From Tubulanus polymorphus (Eukaryota > Animalia > Nemertea), in assembly GCF_964204645.1 (NCBI RefSeq), contig NC_134028.1:13895653-13959652 (forward strand): 64,000 nucleotides of DNA. The letters run 5' to 3'. The stretch's first letter is position 1; each line of letters opens with the position of its first letter. A program made the position numbers and the translations under genes. Shown here one piece after another: positions 1 through 13,900 of the stretch. The notes beneath the pieces were generated by a model that was given only the letters and a program-made list of their open reading frames with translations, was not told the DNA's origin and did no database searches.

Positions 1-3000
1 TTTCATCAAATATTCTGTTACCTAAAAACTTAGGATATGATTGTAAATGCCTTATCCTTTTGCCATTACTTACTAACTCAATATCATTTCTGTTTCTAAT
101 ATTTTCACCAGTCTTACCATAGAATGCATTGTTCATTAGTTTGAAGAAATCTTTCTCAAAATAAGTTTTAGCTTCAGTTCTCTGTTTGGTGTTAAAATCT
201 ATATATTTTTCTAACCACTTAGATTGACTGAATGAAATATAACTATGTACTTTTTTAGGATCATTCCTTGTTTTTAAATAAAACTTTAACATTCTATAAT
301 GTACTACATAATTATATTTATCTTCTTGAGTTACCATTAACTTTTCTGTATGAATATGATTTTCGGGTTTAATTCTTTTTTGATAATTTGATAATTCTTC
401 ATGAGTTACAGTTTTATGTTCTGGACAGTATGCTAGATTTCTAGATTTAAATTTAATATGTTCAGGATATTCTAAATCTACAACAAAGAAGTAACCAGTA
501 TCTGAATCATCTGCAATATCTAGGATTCTTTTCTTCCAATCAAATTTATCATTATTTTCATGTTGTGAAACTTCAGTTATTTCAAATACTCCATAAGGTT
601 GTGGTTCCATCATTGCCCAACCATACAAATTATTTGTATCTATATATAATAACTTATATCCGGGGTTATCATTTACATTGAAATATCTATCACCTAATAC
701 ACCTGAAACTCCTCCTCTTATAGATTTTTCAAATAATAATAATTGATCTATATTTGTTAACAAATCCATTTTTATATCTGTAAATTTTAATCCACAATCC
801 CATGTTAATCCTGGACTTGAATAACAATGACAAGGATCAATATTAAAATATTTTAGGTTTACATCTCTAAACCTTTCAAATATATCGGTTAATAATAATA
901 CATCTGATTTTAGATATGAATCTACTAATTGCCCATGATTTTCTATTTTGAAATGATTCCAAATATTCAATGTTCTATTATAGACTTCATCTTTAACATA
1001 TTCATTTTTTAATTCATCATAGAATTGTTCTTTCAATAATTCAGTTATGTTTAAATCATCATGATTTTTATAGAAAGAATATGGAATTGCGCCTTTATAT
1101 CTCATTAATTGGAAATCATCATTATTTGGGTAGTGTTGCTTTAATATTTTTAATTCATCATCAACTAATGATTTTGATAAGTTATCTAATGGACTATTTA
1201 AAAATCTATATGATTCTATAAATCTTAGGCAACCAAATTGGAATGATATATAATTCTCAGATGTTCTAGCTAACATTTTAAATTTATAAGTTGGTATTTT
1301 ATCCTTTGATCTATTTGAATTTAATCTTTCTATTTCATTATTAATTTCTTCTATTTTATGACATAACTGTTTGATGAATAAATGTGCATCATATCCTGAT
1401 AGATTATGAAATATAACTGGTACAAAGTTAATTTTCTTAGCTTGTAAGTTACAATTCTCATGTGCAGCACCTCTAAACTTTCCATTCAAATGATCATGGT
1501 CTCTTACTTTTTTATCTTTGAAATTAAATATCTTTTCACAATAATAACATTTATCTGCAAACTCAAATGCTTCTTTATCTTCTTCTGTCATTATAATTTC
1601 TATATTTTTATTTAACTTTTCATTAAATCTTATTTCATATTCAATTAATAAGTCACAAAAATGATTGATAACATTTTCATTTCTATAATGATAATATTCA
1701 CTTTTAATTAGTTCTGGATAATCAGATTTAATATATAATCCAAAAGCAGCAGCTGATTGATGAATCTTTTTAATAGTATTTGTTATTGGTGGTTCTTTTG
1801 AAAAATCAATTTCATTAGAATTTAATTTCTTTCTTTTATAATATATTTCTTTTCTATCTTGATCAGTTAATTCTTTATTTAATGATTCAAAATCTCCATA
1901 TATTACAAATGGAACTTTATTTTTGAAATCATATTTTTTGAATTCTAATATTTTATCCTTTTCATTTGGTAAAACTAATTTACAATAATCATGATTTTCT
2001 CATAATTGTTTACGATTTAAAAATGTACTTTCATTACTGAATGTATGTAAACATTTTCTACAAAGATATATTTTATGGTGATCATTTTCTGATTTAAAGA
2101 ATAATTCGATTTGTTTAATCCACATATAATGATTTTCATAATATAGTATATCTATAACATCATTTGAATCATAATCTTTTGATCGGTATAAAGGTTCTAA
2201 TGTATAAGGCTTTATATTGTTACCTTTTGTATTTGGTAATTTGATTAAATCAAATACATTAATTCTTAAATTATTATATCTTTCTATTTTGGGATATGTT
2301 TAATTCTAACAGGATACTTATCTATCTTATAATTATTTTCAAATTGTTTATAATTTGTTAATCTATAAGTATGTTTATTATAATCTTCAACTGGGTGTAA
2401 GCAACTTATAATTGCCCATAGAAAACATTTATCATCAAAATTTTGTACATTTATTACAGCATTAGTTTTAAATGGTAGTTTAATATAACTCGATGCTTCA
2501 ATATCTGGTTCTTTATAATATGATAAATTATTTTCATCAATTGGTTTTGATTTAGTTAACTTATTATATTTTGTGTTATACACATGTAAAGTCATAAATA
2601 TTATTTCATCAAATATTAAACAAGATCCTTCAAAATATTTCTCTTCTATTTTAGTTTTTACTTCATTATAACATTTATCTAATTTATCATCTATATGTTG
2701 TTTAGATATAATATGTTGTGGATGAGAATTGATATTATATATTGGTTTATCTTTAGATTTTATGAATTCAACTTGAGAAGATATACTAATTTTAGGGTAT
2801 TCAGCATCAGTTATTATTTTTATTATTTCTTTCATATTTTCTAAATGTTTTTTTATTTTCTTCTTATGTTTTTCCTTTATGAAATTTAAACTCGATAGCT
2901 GCTGGACCAATATCACTTTTAAATGCTTCGGTTATCTCTATATCTTTTTTATTATCTAATGAATTAATATAATTTCTTACATCTTCCATGTATGGTCTTT

Positions 3001-3346
3001 TATTGTTTAATTTATTTCTTATTCTTTTAATTGTCTTATGTTTCTTATCATTGTCATTATCAAAATAATCTTTACCTAAAATATCATTATTCATATTTCT
3101 AATATGGCTTTTAGATTTTAAATTTTTATTATAATATCTTTTATCACTGAATGATTGACTACAAGTATCACATTTGTATGTTTCTTTTTCATTCTTTAAT
3201 TCTTCTAATTTAGTTTCTAATATATCATCTTTATATTCTAATTTCAATTTATTCTCTAAATGTGTTTTAGTTTTATTGTGTCTTGATTTTTGGGATTTAT
3301 CTATATTGATATTACATGTTGGACAGTAGTACTTATTTGCTTCCAT
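1..3346 (-). pseudogene. Protein-primed family B DNA polymerase with N-terminal C2H2 zinc fingers and an inserted HNH/endonuclease-VII-like domain; disrupted near 2865 and 2284
   Basis: ORFs 2864-3346 (CPTC..H, CDTC..H) and 2284-2916 (DDKCFLWAI). Manual translation downstream: YGDFES (exonuclease I, ~1890), CYYC..VRDHDHLNGKFRGAAHENCN (~1450-1550), FHNLSGYDAHLF, YIDTNNLYGWAM (~630), EKDFFKLMNNAFYGK (~130). Confidence 0.9.
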
Positions 3347-3593
3347 TTTAATACTAAATTTTTTATTAAAATTGATTTTAGAAGTTCAATGATTTAAATA
3401 TGTATTATTTCAATCACACTTTACTAACACTTTTAATGTTTAAAAATCTAACTCATACAAATATAAATATTGAAATAATGTTTAAAATGTATCTATATAT
3501 CTATTATATAAGAGCTCACACTTTTATATTGAATAATCTGTCAATTTAAATGTTATTCATTTATATTTTATTCATGTATATGAATATTTTAAG

Positions 3594-3782
3594 AGTAATA
3601 GGGGTAATGGGCTTTCATGCTAAAGGTTGAAGGGGCGAGTGAGTAAAAAATGAAAGTAACAATAATTTCCATTTGAATTAGGAGTGTGCGCGACTAATTC
3701 AACTGGAAATTATTGTTATTTTCATTTTTTTGCGAGCTCGACCCTTCGACCTTTGGCCTGAAAGCCCATTACCCCTATTACT
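3594..3782. repeat. Terminal fold-back palindrome (189 bp) of Polinton-like copy 1
   Basis: AGTAATAGGGGTAATGGGCTTTCA... pairs with ...TGAAAGCCCATTACCCCTATTACT; loop GAGTGTGCGCGA. Confidence 0.92.
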
Positions 3783-5782
3783 AGTGTAGAATAAAACTCA
3801 TAGTCCAGTAGACATTTATTTAGGTTTTATCTAATGCCACAAATTCAAAACTAGTATTAACTGTTGTAAGACTTCTGGTATTACCCAGGGCTTACTCATA
3901 TTGAATTCAGTTTGGCCCCTGGCTTCAGTTTCAAGTTCCAGGTTAAAAATCCGACACCCGATGATCATTCTATAGCCTGAACAAGATTTGTGACGCAAAA
4001 AACCGTCAGGTTTACATGACAAAATTCTAAAACGGATTAGAGGTAACTCACCGTATGACATGGCAACCCAAGTTGCTTACATGTTTTTTCGTAAGTAGCT
4101 AAACCGGCATCTCTCCCTTTCAGTATAATAGTAGCGACAAGATCGGTCCGTGAAAAGTGATATGGCCCATGATATGCGTCTAAAATATATTGACATCGCT
4201 GAAGCCCCTCCCATTTTGAAAAGCATTATCCTCAACAAAGATATGAGGAAAAAGTTTACGAAAGAGTCTTCAATATTGAAAGCACAATTTCTATACCATT
4301 TCTTGCATTTTGAAAAACAGATATGGCTGTCTCCAGTTCAAAACACTTATAAAATGCCGACTATTTCTACCACTACCTCCCGTAAAATCCCCAGTGTTTA
4401 CTCACCACGTAGATCCCGCGACAAAATATGGTCAGCTGAACCCGCGCTTTGGTGTATAAGACCATCAATAATATCTTCAACTGAATTTTCAGATATTATT
4501 TTCTAAAAATTGAAGAATAGTCACCAGAATCTTTCAATAACAAAATAGGTTGTCATTTTGTTGAACGACGCGAATTCATCATCTTTACCTTGCAAAACCT
4601 CCACTTCCCTAATTGGAAAATCTTTTTTCCCATTGAACGAATCAAAGTGATTCGACGAGATTTTCTTTTTCATATACATCTTATTCAGTATACCGTTTAA
4701 TAAATATTTTGTACTATGAAATACCTGTGAATCCCAGTATGTATTGCAAACACGTCGATCATTATTTCGGCTAGAATAACGATGAATTTAATTTTAGCAT
4801 GGACTCAAAACAAGGAGTACATTCAATTGAGTACAGTAGGGGAGACGAGTTAGTTGTGCCACAAAAAAATTATGTACTAACTTCTTATGGGGGAGGGTTA
4901 AAGAAAGATGTACGTACTTTTCTGGTAGGGGCGGGGGGGGTTGGTGGGGTCTGTCAAACAGATGTACTAACTTAATGGACGAGAGATCCAAAATAACCTC
5001 AAATATATGTCTGAGAGGGAATGAATTACCGTAAACCGATCCTTATCTCATGTAATCCTACACTTTACTAAGTACCACAAACAACCTTGCGTAAAATCAT
5101 TGAGGTTGCGTCTAATTAACATAAAAGGTCAAAGAGTACTGTGTGTTTAAGTGTACTGCAAAGATGTTTCGTTACACTGAATTCATTAAACATTTTGTTG
5201 AGGCTTGAAGATATGGATTGAGATAACAGACAGAAATGATACGATCGATGCAAAATGGCAGAGCTGAGAGCAAAATCCTTAAAACGCAGGTCATCATTTA
5301 TCACGGGGCCAAGCTGCACAACAACCGGCGAAAAGCGACGACAATTGTCCCCGCAGGTAAATCAATTTCAAGCTATAGATCTCAATGATATTTCTCAAGC
5401 AAATCGAGACTTTATTAAACCCCCGTGAAGGTGGCTACCAGTTCGGCCGGTCCGGTTCGGCTCCCGCATCAAATTCATTTTGAATCGGTAGCCGAACCAG
5501 TAGCTGGCTCCCGATTTGGCTCCGAATTCAAAATGTCAATTTCCTATATATTCCGAACCAGAAGCTGAACCAGTAGTCGGTTTCCGATTCGGCTCCCAAT
5601 TCAAAATGTGAAGCTATCTACTTCTTATTCGATTCGACGATTGCCTAACCATGGTGTCTGCAATTAAGTGCTAGTCGCAGCCTTGACTTCGGCCACCAGG
5701 CTAAACGAGATGTTTAAATTGCCATCATTTCTCTACCGATTTCAGTAGTTTACGTGACTGTACCCGATTCATCTTACTCAGA

Positions 5783-6689
5783 AGTAATTGGAAAATCAGG
5801 GTATCATACCAAACGTCGAGAGGTCGGCACATCACTCATCACCACTCGTAATTTTTTCCTTATAAATGGGGGACAGAAAAGCATTCTTAGCAACAATGAA
5901 TAACAGAATAAAACCAGCAAAAAACAATATGAAATGAAAAAGTTAGTCGATGTTACAAACTAAATTGAACATAAATTATTAAAATTAGAAAAGAAAAACA
6001 CTAAATACGGATAAAAAATATCAGCAAATTAAAAAATGAAAATAAGTTTAAAGATTTAGAAAAATTTACCTTTTTTGCATTTTTACTCACTTTTATTATT
6101 GAAAAAAATTAATTATTGTTACTCACACTTTACTCACACATTTGATATCGTAAAATCTAAATTATTTTCAGTCACATTTTACTCGCACTTTAGATATTGA
6201 AAAATCAAAATTATTTTACTTACACTTTACTCACACTTTTAATATTGAAAAATCTAAATCATTTTACTAACTCTTTACTCACACTTTTAATATCGAAAAA
6301 TCTAAACCATTTTACTCACACTTTACTCACGCTTTTCATGTTTCGAATTTTATTATTTTATATTAAAAAGTTTGATCATTTTGGAAAAAAAGCAAAAAAA
6401 TGTGAATTTTTCTAAATCTTTAAACTCATTTTTATTTTTTAATTTGCTGATATTTTTTCTCCGTATTTAGTTTTTATCTTTTCTAATATTAATATGTATG
6501 TTCAATTTCTTTTGTAACATCGACTAACTTTTTTATTTCAAATTGTTTTTTGCTGGTTTTATTCTGTTATTTATTGTTGCTAAGAATGCTTTTCTGTCTC
6601 CCATTTATTAGGAAAAGAAATTACCAGTGGTGATGAGTGATGTCCCGACCTCTCGACCTCTGGTATGAAACCCTGATTTTTCAATTACT
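5783..6689. mobile_element. Non-autonomous Polinton-related mini-element (907 bp, ~290-bp TIRs, 6-bp TSD CTCAGA)
   Basis: Ends AGTAATT...AATTACT. CTCAGA at 5777-5782 and 6690-6695. Empty-site paralogue near 6958-6985. Internal TTACTCACACTTT repeats resemble 3412-3450. Confidence 0.85.
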
Positions 6690-7122
6690 CTCAGAATGTC
6701 AGTTTCAAAATCATTTTCAATCGGTTGCCGAATCGGGAACCGCAAAACCAGTGGCTGGCTCCCAATTCAAAATGTGAAGCTGGCTACTAATTGAGAAACA
6801 TATTCGATGCGACTCTATCGCAGACAGGTTAATGTGATGTGTCTGCTGTTAAGTGCTACCCGCAACCTTGACTTCGGCCACCAGGCAAATCGAGACGTCT
6901 AAATAACCATCATGTCTGTGCCGATTTCAGTAGTTTCACAGTCGCTACGCACTAGTTCCCGATTCATCTTCTTATTCAGAATGTCGATTTTTTAAGCAAC
7001 CATAATAGGTAATAGAAATGTATTGAATCGATTTCTGAACCGGGAACCACGAACCGGTAACTGGTTCCCAGTACAACTACCGATTCCCGGTTCCTGGTTC
7101 AAAATGTGAAGCTGGCAACTTA

Positions 7123-7422
7123 AGGCGAATCTATCTTGTCAAATCAGATTTGATTTTCCTAATTATGATTTGCTAGTCACGTGTAATCTAATCAAATAAG
7201 ATTTGCACAACGGGATGAATTTGACGACTTGTTCCAAACGGCTGACAAGGAAATGCTGCCCGGTTTTAGGGAATATTATTTCCTATGAATGAGTTTTAGT
7301 TTGTCTTTAAGTTTTGACCATTTACTCAACTTTTAATTCTGAAGTTAAACCAAATCAAATTTGATTATTCCAGGAACGATTTTACTTAAAATCAAATTTA
7401 ATTTGGCGTGATAAATTCGCCT
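7123..7422. mobile_element. PIF/Harbinger-type MITE (300 bp, TTA TSD)
   Basis: Imperfect TIRs AGGCGAATCTATC.../...GATAAATTCGCCT flanked by TTA on both sides. Confidence 0.75.
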
Positions 7423-10400
7423 TTATTGGGCAACTTAATCGAAACCGACTCTATTTCAGATACGTTAACATAATTGCTTTACCAACCATGTCGGCTGATA
7501 TGAGATAGGTAACTTGACCTCGGCCACCAGGCTAATCGAGACGTCTCAATTACCATCATGTCTGTTCCAGGTCCCAGCTTCATAATTTCGTAACCATGTC
7601 TGCTGACAAGAGCTTAACGCAACCTTGACCAACAGTCGATACGAGGCCAATCGAGACGTCTAAATAAAGGACCAATGGTCCAGTGTCTCGCTAAACTGGT
7701 GTGAAGTAAAAAATGTGTCATGTAGGCTACTAGTACGCGAAAATTCATTTCACTGAAAATTAAAAAAGAAGAAATATATCAAAAAAGACTTAATTTTGGT
7801 CAGTGATAACTGAGTTTTTAACGTAAATGAAATCTTCGAAAAATTCGTTATGGAAATTTTTGTCTCAACAAATTAATGTTTATTTTAATACATCCCTGAA
7901 ATGACATATAAAACAACTAAAACTATGAGTGACCAAGTTTATGCAAATTTGAGGCCAGTGCCGGTTACTGACGAAAGAAAGTTTATCTACTGCCATGTTT
8001 TTAATAATTTCACGATAGGATTGTTTTTAGTAGGTTGGCAAGCTTACATCTTTACTCAAGACAAATCATTGTTACGCGCGATATACACTGTGGCGCGTTG
8101 ACTTATACATACACGCAGAGAACACGAGAGTATATCGAGGCGATATCGTATACGCCACCGTACACGACTTTTTTCAACGCGAACACTCATCACTGTGCCG
8201 CGATTTAAAACTAATACAAATAATCAGTCTCCAAATCGGATCGTTAATGCGAACGTCAATATAATGACTTCAATTAATGATCATAAAACAACTATTCCAG
8301 TCGTGTAAATATCAAACTCATCTTTTTCTGCTTCGATGCTAACAGCTGATCAGTATCATCAGTGAATCAGCTGCGTGGCGAACACGGAAGTAAATTTCCG
8401 CAATTTGAAACAAGAATTTCGTCAGCTATCTCGATGCAACGTTACCTTATGCACGTTATTTCAAAACTAGATGAATCATTGAACACATCGCAATACAACA
8501 CAACACAATAAGTCGTTATATCATACGACTTGAGTATCAGTATTCGCACTAGAAATGGTGAATATGAACCTCTTCAAATTGTACCCCCATTTTGTTTAGC
8601 GAAATAATGCGCACCTGCTGATCCACCTAATTTACATATTCAGCGAATGCTATGAGGTCATGATGGAGTTCAAACCGGGTCAACACAAATTATATACAAC
8701 CGAGATTTTGGGGGTTTCGTCTTTGAAAGCCCACTACAGAACAAAGCATCGGATCTTTACGAGATAATGTCCTTCCGACGCAAATAACATTTAATTTTCA
8801 CGTGTTATTTTGAACAGCTAAAGATGCTGCATAAGAAAACGTGCTCAAATAAATCGAATTTTTGAATTTTGGTTAATTTCTCCAAAAATATGAAACCCAC
8901 GGCTTTCAACTTTTCGTATCATACGGGAAAACTAATTACGAAATATAATTTTGCTTAATCCGTTCAATTCGCCTATTAGTAGTGAAATTACATTCGTGAA
9001 ATTACAGGCCACTGAAATTGCGTTTGAATGTGCTAAAAATAGCTTTGAGCGTAGTTTATTAAGCCAAAAACCATCATGTCTGCTGATAAGAGATAGGAAA
9101 CCTGACCTCGGCCACCAGGCAAATCGGGACGTACGTCCGCTAAATTACCATCATGTCTGTGACGATTTCAGTAGTTTCACAGTCTGCTTCAAGGCCCATG
9201 GGCCTCTTGTTAATACTATTATTATTATTATTAAGCTTTTCATGTAGTTAAAGATGTGAAATATTATGAACCATTCGATATGACATTGTAGATATATATG
9301 GTTATGAACTATTCAACTTATGTCAGGGTGACATTTTAGTATTGTGAGTATCCGTTATTGTGAGGATTTTCTTTTTCCGATTAGTAAGTGTAGGTTTTTG
9401 ATGTAAGGTAGTAGGCAATCACAAATAATTGCCCAGTGGTACAGTAACTTTTAAAATTCCTGTTAATTCAATTAGAGTTTGGGGGGGGGGCTGTTCTCAA
9501 TATTATTGGGGACCTACGGATACATTAGACTCGCATACCTCGAAACTGTTGTGGCATCCTCGCTTAAGTGAATATAAGTCGTACTAAATTTCATATCCGA
9601 ACTAAGCAATAAAATGGCTAAAACGAGTCCGAGGTATGCAGCGCCAATGGCCTATATGAAATGTATGTTTGTATTGTGAATGGAAGGCAAAGACAAGGCT
9701 ACAGGCAGTTGCATGTTAAGTTTTGCAGAAAAATAAAAACAAATATACAAACACAAACACAAGGGGTATGATGTTTTTATAAAAATTAAAACCTGCCCGC
9801 ATAGCTGTATAGTGTATGACAGTGGCCTTTTTCAGTTGGCGTTTATATGTTCATCCTCGACGTACAGGTAATATCCACATCTTCGGTGACAAATACCACA
9901 CCACGTTCGTTTCCCCTTTCCTTCATTTCGCGGAAGCGTAAAAAAAAGCGAATATGATTGTCTCAATTTCGATTAAATGAGTCGATATAGTTTGAGTCTA
10001 CAGGTTTTAGGAAGCTACTTAATTCTAAATAAAGTTTTTGGCATATGTTTTACTTGCATTACTGGTATTTGTTTGGCATTAGTAAAAAAAGAAACTTCCC
10101 TCCCGCGTCTGTTCTTCAGTCTATGGTTGAGCTTTTTATTTCAACTTTTTATTTTTATTTAAAAAAGCAATAAAATAAAATTTGCCCTCGTCAATTTTGA
10201 GGAAAAAAAACAAATCTGATGAGAAACTAGGTGATTTCTTTGTGTGGCCTTATAGGAGTTGGAAGGTTTATAAAATTCAACCATCGCCAGAATGAAAAAT
10301 AGTATATACTCTCGGTGACAGGACACTAGTTTGGTGGTTTCGGACTATACGCTGGCAACAGTAGTCAATTGATTAAAAAGTGGCACAACTAACAATCGTT

Positions 10401-10440
10401 TACCCTACTATCTTTATTAGAATTATATATGAACCCTTAC

Positions 10441-10661
10441 CGAAGTCTGAGAAAATCGGGCATTAACGTCAAATACCACTTGCTAGCAGCTTCTGTGAAC
10501 AGTGGACTCGGGTTTGGATTTAAACGGAAATTATAAGTGCTGTATTTAGGTAGAGCCTTACTTACACCGCGTACCATTTCGACATGATCAGGGACGTAAA
10601 CGTTCGTTTCAGGACTGGCAATACCCAATAGAATTGGTAACCATTCATACAATATCACATT
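10441..10661 (-). CDS. Candidate internal exon of a host DUOX/animal haem peroxidase-like gene
   Basis: Translates NVILYEWLPILLG...LPKYSTYNFRLNPNPSPLFTEAASKWYLTLMPDFLRLR, resembling the DUOX segment NIxxYEWLP...LPxYxGY...P.IS..F..A...T..P. Pyrimidine tract plus AG before it; GTAAG donor after it. Confidence 0.7.
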
Positions 10662-10767
10662 CTTGAAGAAACAAACGAACAATCTAGGGTTCAAGGGACA
10701 CCACGGCCACTTGGTATGAGAGGTATGAAATGCTCAACAACATTTGTTGACAACTAAATGTAATAGG

Positions 10768-10934
<167 letters not shown>

Positions 10935-10943
10935 CTGTGTATT

Positions 10944-13900
10944 GATTACTGTGTATGTCATTTGTCTGGACATTAAACAGTAGACGACTTAGGATACTAC
11001 CTAGCGTGACTCCACTAGTTAGACCGACTTATTCCAAGATGAGGCGTTCCGTTGATTTTGGCTATAAGTTTTCGTTCAGAGATAACTGCTGAGCCATTTG
11101 GGCGACCTATCATTGATACTGTTTCCTAATAGCCTGTTTAGTTAGTAATGGCTGATGTTGTGCCTTGTCTAATGCTTTGTCGAAATCCACCGATGAACAG
11201 GATTCTAAGACAGCAGAAAACCCGTTATCGCTGCTTTGCAGCTATATTTATTATTATTTTATGTCACACTATTTTCGCTAAAAGAACTAAGGCTTTGTTA
11301 CCTTGCCGCTGTTGTCGATACAATCCGTATGATATCGTTCAGCTCACTGAGATCTTCAAATACATCGCGTGTTTTTTCACGAATCATCGTCACAAAAGCA
11401 CTGTCGGGCCGTAAACATCGTAAATTAAGCCCCATTCAATGGGGCGACATGTTTTTCGAGTCGTCATCCCGAATTCAACCCGCAGGCCGATTGTCACTTC
11501 GATTATCAATTCAAGTATAAATGAACGAATTAATTGCCACAGACTTCATATTCAGCCGCGGTCTTCGAACAGTAATTTTAACAATTGCCCATTTTCCTCA
11601 TCAAATCCGATACACAGGAAATTTACTACTTTAGATTTTAAAAGCACTGCCGAGCCGTAAACATCGACAAATCGACGTGTGTCACTACATCATCGTTCCG
11701 GGGATCAGCTGCGAGTTTCTCCTCATCATGAGAATCAAATCGAGTACAAATTAGTTTATTACTACCAGTGCCACGGGCTTCAAGCAGTTAGTTTAGCAAT
11801 ACCTGCTTTTCTTTACCAAATTAACCGTGTATTTACTAAGATAAATAATAAGTGTACCGGGGAGTCGTAGGCCTAAACTAAACACGCCGACGAGAAGCGG
11901 AGAAAAGCTGTTATGTCGACGAGGTATCAAAATAAAAGAATATATTACTTTATTGCGACTTTCAGCAACGCCAGTCACAAGGAGTCGCACGTGTTCTACT
12001 TTCTGCGACGCGACACGACTGTCACAACCAACCTACGCGCTCCTGCGACTGGCGGAAGCTAGTCGCACACAGTCGCTGACAATCGTTTCGCAGCCGACTT
12101 GCACCGAAACTTGCGATGCAACGCGAGAATCGCATCGCGTCACAAGGGGTCCTGCTAAAAGTTCGAAACTACGAAATTACGAAATGGAAATTTTTTTGCC
12201 AGTAGTGCTAAAATACGAACCGAAATACGAAACGAAATGGTCACATTTCAAACACTCGCCCATACTATGGTCAAAGCTCGTTATAACGCTACGGAACTCA
12301 AAAAATCTCGGCGGTGCATGTAAATGATCTTTTGAAAGTACCATATTCAAGAATTTATTTTCTTAAACTGGAGGGTTTTAAGAACGTCTACAATTAGTAG
12401 AAACTTGTAAGATGTTCTCAAAAACAAATAATGAATACGCTGCGCCATTTCCACGAACTCAGACGCGGTAAAGCATAGTGAAATGATAGGCCCTACACAT
12501 GGACTACATGACGATCTTTTTACCGCTTAACAGCGTAGTGACGAGCATTTTGAAAAAAATTCCGGCCGTGAATTTTCTTTTCGAATGCGCATCCCTTGCA
12601 AAATCCAGACAGGGTAAAGGTCTTAGTTTATTTCATTTTGATAATGGAAAATAAATGATACAGTGCGATACTGCTGACCACATGTATCAATTATTAACAT
12701 AACAGACGGGGGAAACATTATTGGCGTTTTATAACGAAAGTTTTTTCTAAGAGTTAGAATAGGACTGTATGATTTCATTGGCGTTATGGCGGAGGGTCGA
12801 GAGCTATTCCTTACATTCACAATTCAGGCTTCACAAACTGAACTGTGCACTAAAATCAAATTGATCCATAAGTGAATTTACATTTACTATGACGAACTTT
12901 GACTATTTCTCAGAACCATTACTACCGTACTTACGTATTCCAAAAATATGACGGAAGATGACACATTATGATATAATGACTTTTTCCTCCTTCGATTAAG
13001 AAGTATACAAGAAAAGTTTGATGTTTGTTCAATAAAAAAAGATTGAATTGAAAACTTGATGTTTGTTCAATGAAAACTAATTGAATTGAATTGAAAATTG
13101 GTAATTAGCATTTATTTTTCACTTACACAGACTATATTGTAGCGTATTTTTGATTTATCTGTTGCCGGCATAACGGGGTACGACTTACGCGAGGTATTTT
13201 GAATGAGATCAGAAGATTTGGAATTTATAATTGATCCGACTTACGTGAAAAAACGACTTCTAAAGTACGAGTTATAAGCATTATTTTATAAGGTTTAAAG
13301 AAGAAAAAAATCGGGACCAAAATAATTATACGAGAGATGTGATGATACGACTAATTCGATGACGACTTTGGGGTTGACTGTAGCAGAAAGGAAAGGCAAG
13401 CGCTTCACGCGACACCGAGCTCGTAACCGCGATAGGATTATCCCGTTCTTGGACACGGGCCGACATATCTGAACCTGTCTAGTATCGATCATTTAGCTCA
13501 GAAAAAATTAATGTAATGGGTCAACTTTTAAGCTCCTCAGCAGAGGAGAAACGAGGTATCCATTTTTTAGCCTAAACACTGCAGGATATATTTTAAGGCA
13601 CACTTCGTTCTCTAACCCGTAATTTATTAATCGCTACCTTCCAGTTGTATATGAGCATGCGCAGATCATTCCCCCTGATGGCATCGCTAAACTCAGTTGC
13701 GGCACGGAACCCAGCCACACTAGACCGGGTGCGCATGTTTAAGCCAGCTCCACGAATCCGCTGCTATAGCGCAAAAAATTACAAAATTTTCATTTCGTAT
13801 TACATTTTAAACTTCAGCAGAACCTGCGAAAAAATGACCATTTCGTTTCGTAGTTTAGCATTTCGTATAGTATTTCGTTTCTTTCTTTAGCATTTCTTAA

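Larger units (their letters stand above)
1..3782 (-). mobile_element. Polinton/Maverick-like element copy 1 (one end; continues off the window's left edge)
   Basis: pPolB gene followed by a terminus ending ...ATTACT at 3782. Sub-terminal and ORF-start sequence is homologous to the TIRs of the complete copy at 47861-59829. Confidence 0.9.
5640..9185 (+). repeat. Degenerate dispersed repeat, about 5 copies (core CCTTGACTTCGGCCACCAGGCTAATCGAGACGTCTAAAT), hosting later insertions
   Basis: Core visible near 5680, 6865, 7515, 7620 (partial) and 9100. Confidence 0.7.

Noticed and set aside
3831-5319. Short ORFs and a possible TIR pair near 4838/5352
   Set aside because: No recognisable motifs; TIR and TSD not convincing.
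6080-6340. CRISPR-like repeat-spacer array
   Set aside because: Degenerate AT-rich tandem repeats without unique spacers, in eukaryotic DNA.
7666-9062. Possible Kolobok-like insertion
   Set aside because: No matching right TIR or TTAA TSD found.
9960-10252. Harbinger-like end (...GTGTGGCCTTA)
   Set aside because: Partner end not found.
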